Shown: one piece after another, positions 42,471 through 55,960 of the stretch
Numbering within the stretch: the first letter of the stretch is position 1
How the letters are laid out: each line of letters starts with the position of its first letter
NCBI RefSeq assembly: GCF_009914755.1
Contig: NC_060931.1
Reading direction: 5' to 3' (one strand)
Length of the DNA: 64,000 nt
Source of the DNA: the human T2T-CHM13v2.0 reference genome, Homo sapiens
Program-made: the position numbers and the translations under genes
Notes under the pieces: generated by a model
What the model saw: only the letters and a program-made list of their open reading frames with translations
The model's database searches: none
What the model was told of the DNA's origin: nothing

Positions 42471-43815
42471 AAATCTTTTGACTTATAGTTTCAACTCACT
42501 CCAACATATAAAGGGCATGGAAGTCATCACTCTCATCCACACATCAAGACAAAGCTAAGCAAGCTAATCAATAACTTTTCTTAGGTTAATCAGCAAATGG
42601 AGTTCACAGAGTAAACTACTACCCACAAAATCGAAGAGACAAGCAAACATAGAGAATCACAGCCGAGATCAGCTTACCTAGGAAAAAACACTTGAGCAAG
42701 TAACTGGTATTAATAGTTAAATGTAGCCCTACTAGGTTCTCATGGTGAAGACTGGAGAAAAATTACTTTCCCTCATGCTTTAGGGAGAGGAAGGGAAAAA
42801 GTAATTGTTTTAAAATATCACAGGGGAAATTAATGATTTTGAAATAAGTCCATAGTATTTATAATGAAGAATTGCTCTCAAGAGAAATACCTTGCCAGAG
42901 CCTTCTCTGACCTGGAAAAGCATCAATTAAAAAGCTCAGCTCCATCATTCCTTCTTGTTTCACATAAGGGGAAGGAAAAGAAAGGCTGATATACCCATCT
43001 GAGGTCTCTGCCAAAGGACTCAGATCCACTAAGAAAACTGAGATTTAATCATAAGATTATAGAAAACTACACGCCCAAATACTTAGAACTTCATCAACAG
43101 GGCTTACCACTGAAAGAGCTACAAGATACAGACTCTAACTAAGAAGAAGTTCTTTGGGAAACCCAATAACAAAACGAAAGAAAATGAATCTAGGAGAAAC
43201 TAAATCCTTTAGCACATACAATATAGCAAATATTAAGTACAACCCTCACTCCTAGCCACATTGACATAAATGATCACACCAAAGGCTCAGTTACCTCAGT
43301 TACCAAATACAGCATGTCTGGGTTTCAACAAAAAATTGTAAAGCATACTAGAAGCAAGAAAAAAACAAAGTCTGAAGAGACAAAGCAAGCATCAGAACTA
43401 GACTCAGATATGACACAGATTTTTAAAATTATTAAATAGGGAATTTAAAATAACTAGGATTAATATGTTAAAGGATCTAACGGAAAAAGTAGACAACATT
43501 CAAGAACAGACAATGAATGTAAACAGAGAGAAGACTGCTCTAACAAAGAATCAAAAGGAAATGCTAGAAATTAGAAAAAAAAAACAACACCAACACTGTA
43601 ATAGAAATGGAGAAGATTTAAGATGGTCTCATCCGTAGACTGGACAGAACTGAGGAGAGAATCAATGAGCTTGAACACAGGAGGAAAATAAGGTCTTCTG
43701 AAATAAAATATAAAGAGCAAAAATAATTTAAAAAGTATAACAGACTAACCAAGAATTATGGGACAATTACAAACATAAGCATCATCTGAAAGAGAAGAAA
43801 TAAGAAAGAATAAGA

Positions 43816-44125
43816 GGCCAGGCATGGTGGCTCACACCTGTGATTCCACAATTTGGGGAGGCTATGTTGAGAGAATTGTTTGAGCTGAGGAGTTTGAGAC
43901 CAGCCTGGGAAATACAGCAAGACCCTGTCTTGACAAAAAATAAAATAAATAAAAATTAGCTAGGCTTGGTGACACATGTCTCTAGTCCCACCCAGCTACT
44001 TGGGAGGCTGGAATGGGAGAATCACTTGAGCCCAGGAATTCGAGGCTTCAGTGAGCTATGATCAAGCCTCCACACTCCAGCCTGGCCTGAATCACCGAAT
44101 GTGACCCTAACGCCATAAGAAAAGG
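43816..44125 (+). mobile_element. AluJ inserted in L1
   Basis: gagaattgtttgagctgaggagtttgagacc; gaatcacttgagcccaggaattcgaggct; TSD aagaaagaa(t/c)aaga. Confidence 0.93.
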
Positions 44126-47100
44126 AAGAAAGAACAAGAAAAATTTGTTGATGTTATAACAGCTGTCTTCCAAAATTAATGGCAGACGCTAAACCACAGA
44201 TCCAAGAAACTCAGAGAACACTAAGCAGGATATATTTCCAGGCATATTATATTCAAGCTGCAGAAAAGCAAAGACAAAGAGAAAATATTGACAAATGTGA
44301 GAAAATAAATGCTTTGCCTATAGAAGAACAAGAATAAGAATTACACTGTGCCTCTAATCAGAAACAATGCAAGCAAGAAGAAAGTGGAGACAAGTATTTA
44401 AAGTGTGGAAAGAAAAAAACCCACCAACCTAGGATTCTATATCCAGTAAAATTATCCTTCAAAGGGGAAGAAGAAATAAAGACTGTCTCAGAAAACAAAC
44501 AAACAAACAAACAAAAGAGAAACAGGGAATTTGTTACCTGTAATACTGTCTTGCAGGAAATGTTAAAACAAGTTCCTCAGAGAGAATAAAAATATATAGT
44601 TCAGAAATTTGAATTTATCAAAGAAAGAGTATCAGAGAAGGCATGAATGAGGGTAAAATAAAATGTTTTGCTTTTCTTATTCTTAATTAATCTAATAGAT
44701 AACTATTCAACATAATAAGAATAATGTATGGAGTGCTTATAGTTTATGGATAAGTAAGATGGATGACAACAATGTTATATGGAATAAAAGCGAAAAAGAA
44801 GATATATGCTGTTATTCGGTACATGCATGTACCATCTTTGAAACAGTATACTATACTGAAAAATGAACACAGATTAGCTGCCAATACATATTGCAAACTC
44901 TGAGATAACCCCTAACATTTTTGAAGAAGTATAATAATATAATAAAATAGAAGAAAATAATATAATCATATGAAATAGTTAATTAAAAGAAGTGAAAGCA
45001 GTGAAAGAGGGAACGACTTTAAAAAAAGAGCAAGTGCAATGTGTAAGAAGTTACAATCAAGCTAGACACCAATCCCATTATATAAATAGTCATTTTTAAT
45101 ATGATTGATCTAAATACATACAATAAAAACTTGTCAGAGGACATGTAAAAAAAGATTCAACAAATATATTAAAGGGATGGAGAAAGATAAACCATGCTAA
45201 TGCTAATCAAAGTAAAGCTGGATTAACTGTATTAATTTCAGACAAAGTCTATTTTAGAGCAATAAAAATTATAAGGGATAAAATAGGCATTACATAAGGA
45301 TGAAGTTGACAATTCCCTAAGAAGGCATAATTGTTCTTTATGTGTGTGCACCTAAAAACAGAGCATTAAAGAACATGAGGCAAAAAATGATAGAAAGAGA
45401 AATAGAAAATTCATTATTATAGTTGGAAAGTTCAACACCTCTATAACAGCTATTGACAGCTCCAACAGGCAGAAAATCTGTAAGGATACAATTGAACTGA
45501 ATATCACCATCAATCAACTATATCTAATTGACATTTATAAAAGATTTTGTCCAATGACAGCAGAATACACATTCTTTTCACATTCCCATGGGGCACTCAC
45601 CAAGATAGACCACATTCTGGGCCCTAAAACACACCTTAACAAATTTAAGAGGTTATAAGTCAAGCAAAGTATGCTCTCAAATGGAACTACGCAGAAATCA
45701 ATAACAGAAAGATAGCTAGAAAATAATAAAATATTTAGAAATTAAACAGCATTTTTAAATAACATAAGTCAAATAAAATGTCTCCAAAGAAATTTTAAAA
45801 TATTTTAAACTAAATGACTAAGAAAACAATACTTATGTCAAAATATGTGGAACACAACAAAAGCAGGCTGAGAGGGGAAGTTTGTAGCACTGATTGATAT
45901 ATTATAAAAGAAGAGAGATCTAAAAATCAACAATCAAGTCTTCCATCTTAGGACTAGAGAAAGTAAAGCTATATAAATGTAAAACAATCAGATAAAAAAA
46001 TAGAAGTTAGAGCAGAGATAAACAGAATGGAAAACATGAAATCAATAGCAAAAAAATCAATGAAAGCAAAAGTTAGATCTTAGAGCAATAAAATTAGTGA
46101 ACTTCTAGCCAGGCCACTAACAAGAGAGAGAAAGAGAAGATGCAAATTACTAACATCTGTAGCAAAATAGAGGTCATCACTGATCCCATTTATAATAAAA
46201 AGATAATAAAGAAATGCTATACACAACTCTATTCTCACAAATTTTATAATTTAGTTAAAAAGGACTGATTCCTTGAAAGACATGATCTATAAAAACTCAC
46301 ATAAGCAGGAACACACAATCCAAATAGGCTTATATTTACTAAAGAAATTAAATGAACAATGATTAACCTTTTAAAGCAGAAACACCATTCCCAGACAGTT
46401 TCATTGCTGAATTGTAACATTTAAGGAAGAAATAATACCAATTCTCTAAAATCTGTTGCAAAAAAATACAAGCAGAAAGACCACTTCCCAACTCATTCTA
46501 TGAAGCTAGCATTACCCTCATATCTAAATCTGACCCTTACAAGAATGAAAAACTATAGACAATTATATATCATAAATGATCCTCAACCAAATATTAGCAA
46601 ATTGAATCCAACAACGTATAGAAAGAACTATACACCACCACCAAGTGCGATTTATTCCAGGAATGCAAGGCTAGTTGAACATTTGAAAATCAATAATATA
46701 ATCAATCCCATCAACAAGCTAAAGGAGAAAAAATTATACGATCATATTAATTGATACCGAAAAAGCATTTGCCAAAATTCAACACCCATTCTTCATGAAA
46801 AATCTCAATTGCTAACAGGAGAGAAATTCCCCTATTTGATAAAGAATATCTACAATAAATCTACAGGTAACATCATACTTAGTGATGAGAAAATAAGTGC
46901 TTATTTCTAAAATCCAAAACAATAAAAACATGTCTCCTCTTACCATTCTTACTCAACATTGTACTAAAAGTTCTAGGTAACTTCGTAGATAAGAAAAGAA
47001 AATAAAAGGCATTCATACTGGGAAGTAAAAAACAAAACTCTTACAGGAGACATGTTTGTGTAAAAGTACAAAAAAGAACAACAAAAATGAAACAAACAAA

Positions 47101-47513
47101 GGAAAAGCTTCCTGAAACTAATAAACAAATGTAGCAAGGTTGCAGGATACAAAGGTAATACATAAAATTAAATTGCCTTTCTATACACTGACAATGAACA
47201 ACTGGAATTTGAATCTTAAAACACAATACCATTTACTCTAAAATCAGTGAAATAGTAAAGTCAAATTCTTAAGTATAAATTTAACAAAATATATACAGGA
47301 TGTATATGATGAAATTTACAAAGTCCTAAAAAAATCAAAGGAGAGCTAAATAAATAGAAAGATGTTTCATATCCATAGTAGGAATATTCAATATTGTTTT
47401 GATGTCAATATTGATCTATATGTCAACTTGATCTATGGAATCAATGCAATCCCAATCAAAATTTCAGCAAGTTATTTTCAGATATTAACAAAATGATTCT
47501 TAAGTTTATATGG

Positions 47514-47859
<346 letters not shown>

Positions 47860-48265
47860 TTATATGGAAAGACAAAAAAGACCCAGAAATAGGTGACTCA
47901 ATACTGAAGAAAAACAAAGTCGGAGGACTGACACCACCCAACTTCAATATTTACTATACAGCTACTGTAATCAGGGCAGCACGTTATTGACAAAGAATAG
48001 CCAAATTAGATATGGAATACAACAGAGAGCCAAGAAATACACCCACAGAAATATAGTCAACTGATGATATTTGAGAAAAGAGTGAAGGAAATTCAATGGA
48101 GAAAAAATAGTCTTTTCAACAAGTGCTGCTGGAAAAATTAGATATCCATATGCAAATGTATACATACATACATGTAGAAACCTATACAGAGACCTTACAT
48201 GTTTCACAAAAAATAATTCAAAACAGATTATAGGAATAAATGTAGGACACAAAACTATAAATCAT

Positions 48266-48784
48266 TGATATCCCTTGGATATTTGTCCCCTCCAATCGCA
48301 AGGTTTTAATTGCAAAAAACTGAAAGCAACCAAGGTGTTTTTCAACAGACAAAAAGATAAGTAAACTATGGTACATCTCTAAAATGAAATATTATTTGGT
48401 GATAAAGGGAAATGAGCTATTAAACGTGATCCCCAGTGTTGGAGGTGGGGCATAGTGGAAAGTGTTAGGGTCATGGGGTGTATCTCTCATGAATGGCTTG
48501 GTGCCATCCCCTTCATGATGAGTGAGTTCTCACTCCATTAGTTCACATGTGAGCTTGTTGTTTAACCTCCTCCCCTCTCTCTTGCTCCTTTCCTCTCCAT
48601 GTGACATGCTTTCTCCTCCTGCACCATGATTGTAAGTTTCCTGAGGCCCTCGCCAGAAGTAGATGCCAGCACTATGCTTCTTGTACAGTCTGCAAACCAT
48701 GAGCCAAAATAAACCTCGTTCCTATATAAATTACCCTGTCTCAGGTATTCATTTATAGCAATACAAAACAAACTAATGAATACA
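48266..48784 (+). mobile_element. MST (MaLR) solo LTR inserted in L1, carrying a 114-bp foreign insert
   Basis: tgatatcccttggatatttgtcccctcc...gtgatccccagtgttggaggtgggg...gtattcatttatagcaa...taca; 5-bp TSD atcat/aacat. Confidence 0.9.
48307..48420 (+). repeat. Direct-repeat copy of 49451-49564
   Basis: 114 bp ungapped, 5 mismatches by eye. Confidence 0.95.
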
Positions 48785-49644
48785 AACATGTAGAGGATGA
48801 CATAGAAAATCTAGGTAACTTTGTGTTTCCTGATGAGATTTTAGATACACTGCCAAAAGTGAAATCCATACAAGAAAAGAAAAATGATAATTTGGACATT
48901 AAATTTAAAACTTATGTGCAAAAGATACTGTTAAGAGAATAAAAAGATATGCTACAGCCTCAAAGACAGTATTTGCAAATTACATATCTGATAATGCACT
49001 TTTAGTAAAAATATACAACGAATTCTTGAAACTCAATCATAAGGAAACAATTTAAAAATGGGAAAAATATATGAAAGACACCTCATGAAAGAAGGTATAC
49101 AGATGGCAAATAAACACATGAAAATATATAAAACATCATATGTTATTAGGTAACTGCAAATTATAAGAACAATAAGGTGCCATGATATGCTTATTAGAAT
49201 GTCTATAATCCAAAAATTCTCCAATACGCAATGCTGGTGAGGAAGTAGAACAACCAGAACTTCATTCATTGCTAGTGGGAATACAAAATGTAAATGTGAC
49301 TTTGGAAGACAGTTTGGCAGTTTCTTACAAAGTTAAACATAGTCTTATCATATGATCCAGCAATCACACTCCTAAGTATATACCCAACTGAGTTGAAAAC
49401 TTATGTCCACACAAAACCCTTCACAGGAATGTTTATAGCAGCTTTATACATAATTGCAAAAAACTGAAAGCAACCAAGATGTTTTTCAACAGAGGAAAAG
49501 ATAAGTAAACTAGGGTACGTCTCTAAAATGAAATATTATTTGGTGATAAAGGGAAATGAGCTATGAAGCCAAGGAAAGACATAAATAAACTTACATGTAT
49601 TTTTCTGAGTAAGCCTGAAAAGACTCCCATACTAAATTACATTT

Positions 49645-49837
49645 TCTTTTTAAATTAATTTTTTTTCATTCCCACTTTAAATTTTCCATTCCCACTCTAG
49701 GTTCAGGGACACATGTGCAGATTTGTTACATAGGTAAATTGTGTGTTGTGAAGAGTTGGTGTACAGATTATTTTGTCACCTGGGTAATGAGCATAGTACC
49801 CAATAAGTAGTTTTTCAATCCTCACCTCCTCCCATCT
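49645..49837 (-). mobile_element. Short L1PA (older primate) 3' end inserted antisense in the L1MD 3' UTR
   Basis: ggttcagggacacatgtgcagatttgttacataggtaaattgtgtg...gagcatagtacccaataagtagtttttcaatcc; flanks acattttc/acatttc. Confidence 0.85.
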
Positions 49838-50234
49838 GACATTTCGAAAAGGCAAAACTAGAGAGATAGTAAAATAATCAGTGGTTTCCAGAGGTTTTGG
49901 AGGGAGAGGGGAAGTGGTGAGTAGGTGAGATTTTTAGGGTGTCAAAACTATTCTACATGAAACTGTAATTGTGGATGCATGAAATAACATTGTGCCAATA
50001 TTCGTTCATTAATTATAAGAGATGTAGGACACGAATGCAAGATGTGTGCTGGCAAAATGGAGAAGGAGAAGGGTATATACAAATTCGGAACTACTTGCTT
50101 AATTTTTCTGCAAAGGTAATATTGTCCTAAAAACTGAAAGGTATTAATTCCTAAAAGGTGATGTCTATACCAAACCGAACATCATTAGAAAAATAACATA
50201 ACCCATGTGAAAAATGTAAGTTGTTTGTGTATCA

Positions 50235-50445
50235 CAGTGGTTCTCCACCAAGGGTTATTTTGCTCCCCAGGAAAAATTTGCAATGTCTGCAAATGTTTTT
50301 GATTGTTATGACTAGGGCACAGGCAGTGCTAGTGACATAAAATATGTAAAGGCCAAGGATTCTGTTAACCATCCTATAATACACAGGAAAGCTCCTCAAA
50401 ATAATTGACCCAAAATGTCAACATGGCAGAAATTGAGAAAACTTG
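50235..50445 (+). mobile_element. MER20 hAT-Charlie element
   Basis: cagtggttctccaccaagggttattttgctccccagg...gcaatgtctg...cccaaaatgtcaa...ttgagaaaacttg. Confidence 0.88.
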
Positions 50446-51104
50446 GGCTAATGTGTTTTGTGGGCCCAAGAGTGGAAGGCAAGACTTAAACCAGAGATTA
50501 CTTTGACAACTATACTAAGGAATTTGAAACTTACCCTAAAAACTGTGGATGTCTTTCAAAGGAATTTTAGCAAGATACAATGTGATTAAATCTACATTTT
50601 AAAACAGTCATTTCAGTAGCAGTATAGAAAAGCTTTTCTTAACCTCAGTATCTTCCCAATCCACTGTGTTCTGATTAGGAGGTATGTTGCAAACTATTTG
50701 TTACTTATCATTCAATCAGAACTGTAAAAATCTTTACCAAAACCCTACAATAAGTGCATTTTTCAGAAGAGATGCTAAAATGATGACTTCGACAAAGAGC
50801 GTCTTTCCTTAATGTTATGCAACATGCTGTTTAGTAGAGGTAGAATTATGTTCATAAATATTGATGTAGAAAAAAAATGGAAAGAAAAGCAAGATGGAAG
50901 AGCAATTACAAACTGTTTCCATGACCAAAGCAGATAATTAAAAAGGCTAAACCAGAGCAACGACATTTACAAAGGGAAGGGAGAGTAGGTGATTAATTTA
51001 ATAGATTCCAGGGATGGGGTGCCATGTACGTCTATACTCCCACTGTCTCTAGTATAACATGAAGACTATGTATGTATATATGTCTACATATATATGTGTA
51101 TCCA

Positions 51105-51106
<2 letters not shown>

Positions 51107-51144
<38 letters not shown>
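51107..51144. repeat. (GT)19 microsatellite
   Basis: 38 bp perfect GT repeat. Confidence 0.96.
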
Positions 51145-51146
<2 letters not shown>

Positions 51147-51450
51147 CAGACTTATTAGGGGAGTAGTATGGCTCTTCATAAAAATAAATATTGTCATACT
51201 ACATTGCTTTAGATAGTGCCGTCACTCAAAGATGGTGGGTATGGAGATTGAGAAAGAGAAGTTGGGGAATTCTTTACAAAAATGATATAGAATAACAGCA
51301 GGGTTTAGAAGACAGGAGGCAGAAGCATATATACTTGCTTCATTTCAGCATGGTGTAGCCAAGAACATCCTAAGTTGTTAGCTAGGATAGTATTGTTACC
51401 TGAATTTTTATCCTCTCTCTGCTACTAAATAGTTGTGTGATTTTAAAACT

Positions 51451-52157
51451 CTTATGAAATTGACCAATAATAATTGAGTATATTTATGAGATACAGTGTT
51501 ATGTTTTGAGCTCTGTGTAAATTGAAGATACATTGAGTCAAGCTAAACACCATACCCATCACTTCACCAACTCATCCTTTTTTCTGATGAGAACATTGAA
51601 ACATCTATTCTTTCAGCAATTTTGAAATAGACAACATATTATTACTGTGATCACTATGCAGTCAATAGAGCACTAAAATATATTCCTTCAGTCTAACTGA
51701 AACTTTGTATTCTTTGATTAACATCTCCCCTTTCTCCATCCCTCCTTTTCCACCACAGCTTCTGGTAACCATTCTTCTAGAATTGCTGGGTATCCAATTA
51801 TAAACAGGTATTTTTGGTACACAGTTTGAAGTTTTATTCCACTCTCCTATGGGTTCTGATATTGCTATTGAGTCAGCTGTCTGTCAAATTGTGATTTTTT
51901 AGAAGGCAATTTATATTTTCTTTGGTATTTTCTAATTTCACTATAATATTTATTTCTGTTTTTAGTTTATGGACTTCCTGAATCTTTCCAAAGTTATAAA
52001 AAGTTCTCAGGTGTTATATCTTCAGTTATTCCCCTATTGCACTTTTGTTCTTTTTCTCCTTTTGGAGCTCCAATCAGATATCTATGAGACTCTTTCTATT
52101 TATTTTTATGAGATTGTCTTTTGTTGATTCCACATATAAATGAGATTATATGCTTTT
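51451..52157 (-). mobile_element. L1MA 3' fragment inserted into a MIR (MIR parts ~51345-51450 and ~52158-52240), carrying a ~315-bp foreign insert
   Basis: L1MA antisense motifs (ctattctttcagcaattttgaaat...gtctaactgaaactttgta; ttccacatataaatgagat); TSD-like tgtgattttaaaac/tgtgatttttaaac. Confidence 0.82.
51783..52097 (+). repeat. Direct-repeat copy of 52929-53246
   Basis: ~315 bp at roughly 85% identity by eye, with long exact blocks such as ttcctgaatctttccaaagttataaaaagttctcaggtgttatatcttcag. Confidence 0.93.
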
Positions 52158-52441
52158 GTGATTTTTAAACAAGTCACTTTTCCACTCAAAGCTCTGTTTC
52201 CTTATTTGTAGAATATGCAAGTTAGAAGACAAATTATCTAAAATTATTTGAAATTCATAATCTCAAATATATTCTCCTTTTCCTTTTCTGTATTGTAGTT
52301 CAAACCATCATTATTTCCTCCTTGAAACATTGTATTCATCCCTTTTGATATCTGGCATTCATTCTTGCATTTCTCCAATCCATTCTCCATGGAGCAACCA
52401 TCAAAATCTTTTTAAACTCCTCTATATAAAAGCTTTGTCCT

Positions 52442-52729
52442 GGCCGGGCACGGTGGCACATGCCTGTGATCCCAGCACTTTTGGCGGCCAAGGCGGGCGA
52501 ATCACCTGAGGTCAGGAGTTTGAGACAAGCCTGGCCAACATGAGGAAACCCTGTTTCTACTAAAAATACAAAAATTAGCCGGGTGTGGTGGTGCATGCCT
52601 GTAATCCCAGCTACTTGGGAGGCTGAGGCAGGAGAATCTCTTGAACCCGGGAGGCGGAGGTTGCAGTGAGCAACTGCACTCCAACCTGGGCAACACAGTG
52701 AAGCTCCATCTCAAAAAAAAAAAAAAAAA
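52442..52729 (+). mobile_element. AluS inserted in an L2 fragment (~52280-52850)
   Basis: Alu dimer with a small right-arm deletion; poly-A tail; TSD aaaagctttgtcct. Confidence 0.96.
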
Positions 52730-52879
52730 AAAAGCTTTGTCCTATTCTCACAATAAAGTTTCTGAATATGACCTGAAGGCAGAAGGCAGGTCTGTCTTGA
52801 TTACTAACTACCTGTAACTGAGCTCTAATGACACTCTCCTCATTCTAACTGTTTAGTTTCTTGGTTTTGTGGATTTCTA

Positions 52880-55800
52880 TTTTTGTTATAGAATTGTATT
52901 TATTTTTCTATAGTTCTTAAAAATATTTTTGCTGGGTATGCAGTTCTAAACAGGTATTTTCTCTGGGCAGTTTGAAGCTTTTATTCCACTGTCCTACGCG
53001 TTCTAATATTGCTATTGATTCAGCTGTCAGTCAAATTGTGATTTCCTAGAAGGCAAATTCTATTTTCTTTGGTATTTTCTAATTTCACTATGAAATTGGT
53101 TTCTCTTTTTAGTTTATGGAGTTCCTGAATCTTTCCAAAGTTATAAAAAGTTCTCAGGTGTTATATCTTCAGAGATTTCCTCTGTGGTACTTTTGTTCTT
53201 CTCTCCTTTTGCAGTTTTAATCAGATATATCCATTAGACTCTTTCTCACTCTACAATCCTGAAACTCATATTTTTCCTCTCCGAGCTGCATTCTTGATGA
53301 CTTGGTCAGATCTATCTTAATAGTTCACTAGTGCCCTCTTCAGATAGGTTTAATCTAATAAAAATTCATCCATCAAAGGTTTCCAATTTTTTTTTATTTC
53401 TAGATTGTTTTGTTTCAATAGTAATCATTGAATTTTGTGTAATTTGGCACAGCATGATATTTTTAAAATTAAATTTTCTATTATGATTATTGTAGAGTCC
53501 CAAACAGTAATAAGATATAATACAGAAACACTGAAGTACCCTTTACCCAGCTCCTCTCATGGGAAACTTTACAATTTTATTACATTTATATATACTTACG
53601 GGGATTCCTCAGGTTGCCTTTTGATAATCACATCAACCTCCCTGCTGCACAGCTTCTCTCCTTCCCCTGTCCCCAACCTGGCAACCACAGATGTTTTCTC
53701 TATTTCTCAAATGTTGTCTTTTTAAATTTGTTATATAAATAGAATCATACAATAGGTAACTTATAATGATTGGCTTTTTTCACTCACTACAATTCTCTAT
53801 AGATTCACTCAAGTTTTTTATGTATTAATAATGTTTTCATTTTGATTGCCCAGTAGTATCTGATGATATGGTTGCCCCAAAGTCTGTTCAACTATTCGTC
53901 CACTGAAGGATACCTAAGTTTTTTCCAGTTTTTGCCTATTACAGAGAAAGCTACTGTGACCATCAGTGAAAAAGTTTTTGTGTGAACATGTGCTTTACTT
54001 CTCTGGGATTAATGCTGAGGAGTAAAACCATTGAGTCACATGGCAATTGTCATCAGTATATCTCCTTTGATGAATATCTGTTCATGTATTTTGCGCATAT
54101 TTTTAGGCAGATTGCCTGATTTTTACTGATGAGTTTGGAGATTTTTAAAATGTATTCCAGATGCAAGGCTTTGCTTGAATTTTTATAGGAAAGGGATTAA
54201 ACTTATAGGTCAATTTATGGAGTATTGATAGATTTTATTATGTTGAGTTGTCTAATTCATGAATATGGTATGTCTTATTTAGGTCTTCTTTGATTTATTG
54301 CATCAAAAATTTTTAAGTTTCAGCATATATATTCTATACGTCTTTGGTGAGATTTGTACCTGAATATTTCATCTTCTTTAGAGCAATTGTAAATCGTATT
54401 GTGTTTTTAATTTCAGTTGTCATATGTTCATAATTAGTATATACAAATGCAAGTTATTTTATATTTTGATCTTACATCCTATAACCTTGCAAAATTCACT
54501 TATTGTTCCAAGGTATTGTTTGGTTTAGTTTTTCAGTTTCTATGTGATTTTCTATGTGGACCTTCATGTCATTTGCAAATAGGAATAATTGGGTCCCCCC
54601 CCCACTTCCAGTATGCATGTCTTTATTTCTTTTCTTCAGTTTATCACAGTGGGTAGAAAAGTTCTGATATTGTGTTGAATAAGAGTAGAGAGAACAGAAA
54701 TCCTTGCCTGATCTTGAACATTCAGTTTTTCACCGTTGAGTATGAAGTTAACTGTAGGTTTCTGTAGATTTTCTTTACCAAATTGAAAGAAAAATCCTAT
54801 AATCCTAGTTTGCAGGGAGTTTTTATCATGAATAGATTTTTTTCAAACACTTTTTTTGCATCTATTAATATAATCATGATTTTTCTTTAAACTGTTTCTG
54901 TGATGGATTACATTTCATACATTTTTTTCACTTGTTTTAAGAGATCTTATCACTGCTTTTTGAAGGAAATTATTATGGCTGCTTTAAAATTCTTGTCAGA
55001 CAACCACACCATTTGATTCATTTTCATATTGGCATCTGTTGACTTTCTTTTCTCATTTAATTTGTGATTTCCCTTGCTTTTGATATATAATGAGTCATTT
55101 TTGATTGAATATTCGAATGTTTCATTTTTCAAGTCCTGCTGTTCCTAGACAGCTAGCCTACTTTTTTTCCACCTTTTGGAATCTTCCTATTTTTTTCTCA
55201 TTGCTTTGCATTATGTTTAGTGTTTTTTGTTTTTTTTTTTAGTGGTAAGTGGGAGGATCTGTGAAGAATAAGCTTCTCTATCGTCATGGAACCAGAAGTC
55301 CCATATTTCAAGATTTTTTTTATGTTTTTGGTTTGTTTTTACAAATTTAATTGGTCAATTTTTATGTCTTGTGCTGCTGTCTCATATTCTCAACAATTAT
55401 TTTTATTTCTTTAAATATATTTAACATAAGTATTTTATATTTTATTTCTGATATACCCAACATGTAATATCTCTGAAAGTGAATCTGGTATTAATTATTT
55501 CTTCTAGCTCTTGTTGGTAGTGCCTGCTTTCTTTTTTTGTGTTTTGTAAGTTTCAGCAATCTGCTCATTTTCCTTTAAAATTTACCATGGAAATCCTTTG
55601 ATGCTTTGCTGAATGTGGTTCCCTACAGAAGATTCGTATTTGCTTCCATCTGGTTGGAAGGGTTCTGGTGACCCTTTCATTTGAATATAATTCTGAGCTT
55701 TCGGTTTTGAAATACCAGGTTAGTGAAAATTTGGGCTGCAGACTCTTGAAGGAGCATGTTTATTTTTACAGATTCACTGGAATGATGATGATGATGATTA

Positions 55801-55960
55801 TTTGTCTACACCAAGCATCAACTTTCAAGACAGGCCATGTTTCTCGGAGTTTCTTGTTGGAGTGGTTGGCTGGTAGATACTTTTACTTATCTATATAAAT
55901 GATGATTTAGAATTTGTGGGGTCTGATTTTATTAAGGGATAAGGAGACAGTAGTTCATTA
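52880..55960 (-). mobile_element. Old L1M(E) fragment interrupted by an internally deleted L1MC/MD (~53460-55300)
   Basis: L1MC-type antisense 3' end (taagatataatacaga...taccctttacccagc); ORF2 pieces at 54.2-54.9 kb; 5'-end signature ggaaccagaagtc at ~55290; older L1 sequence on both sides. Confidence 0.7.
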
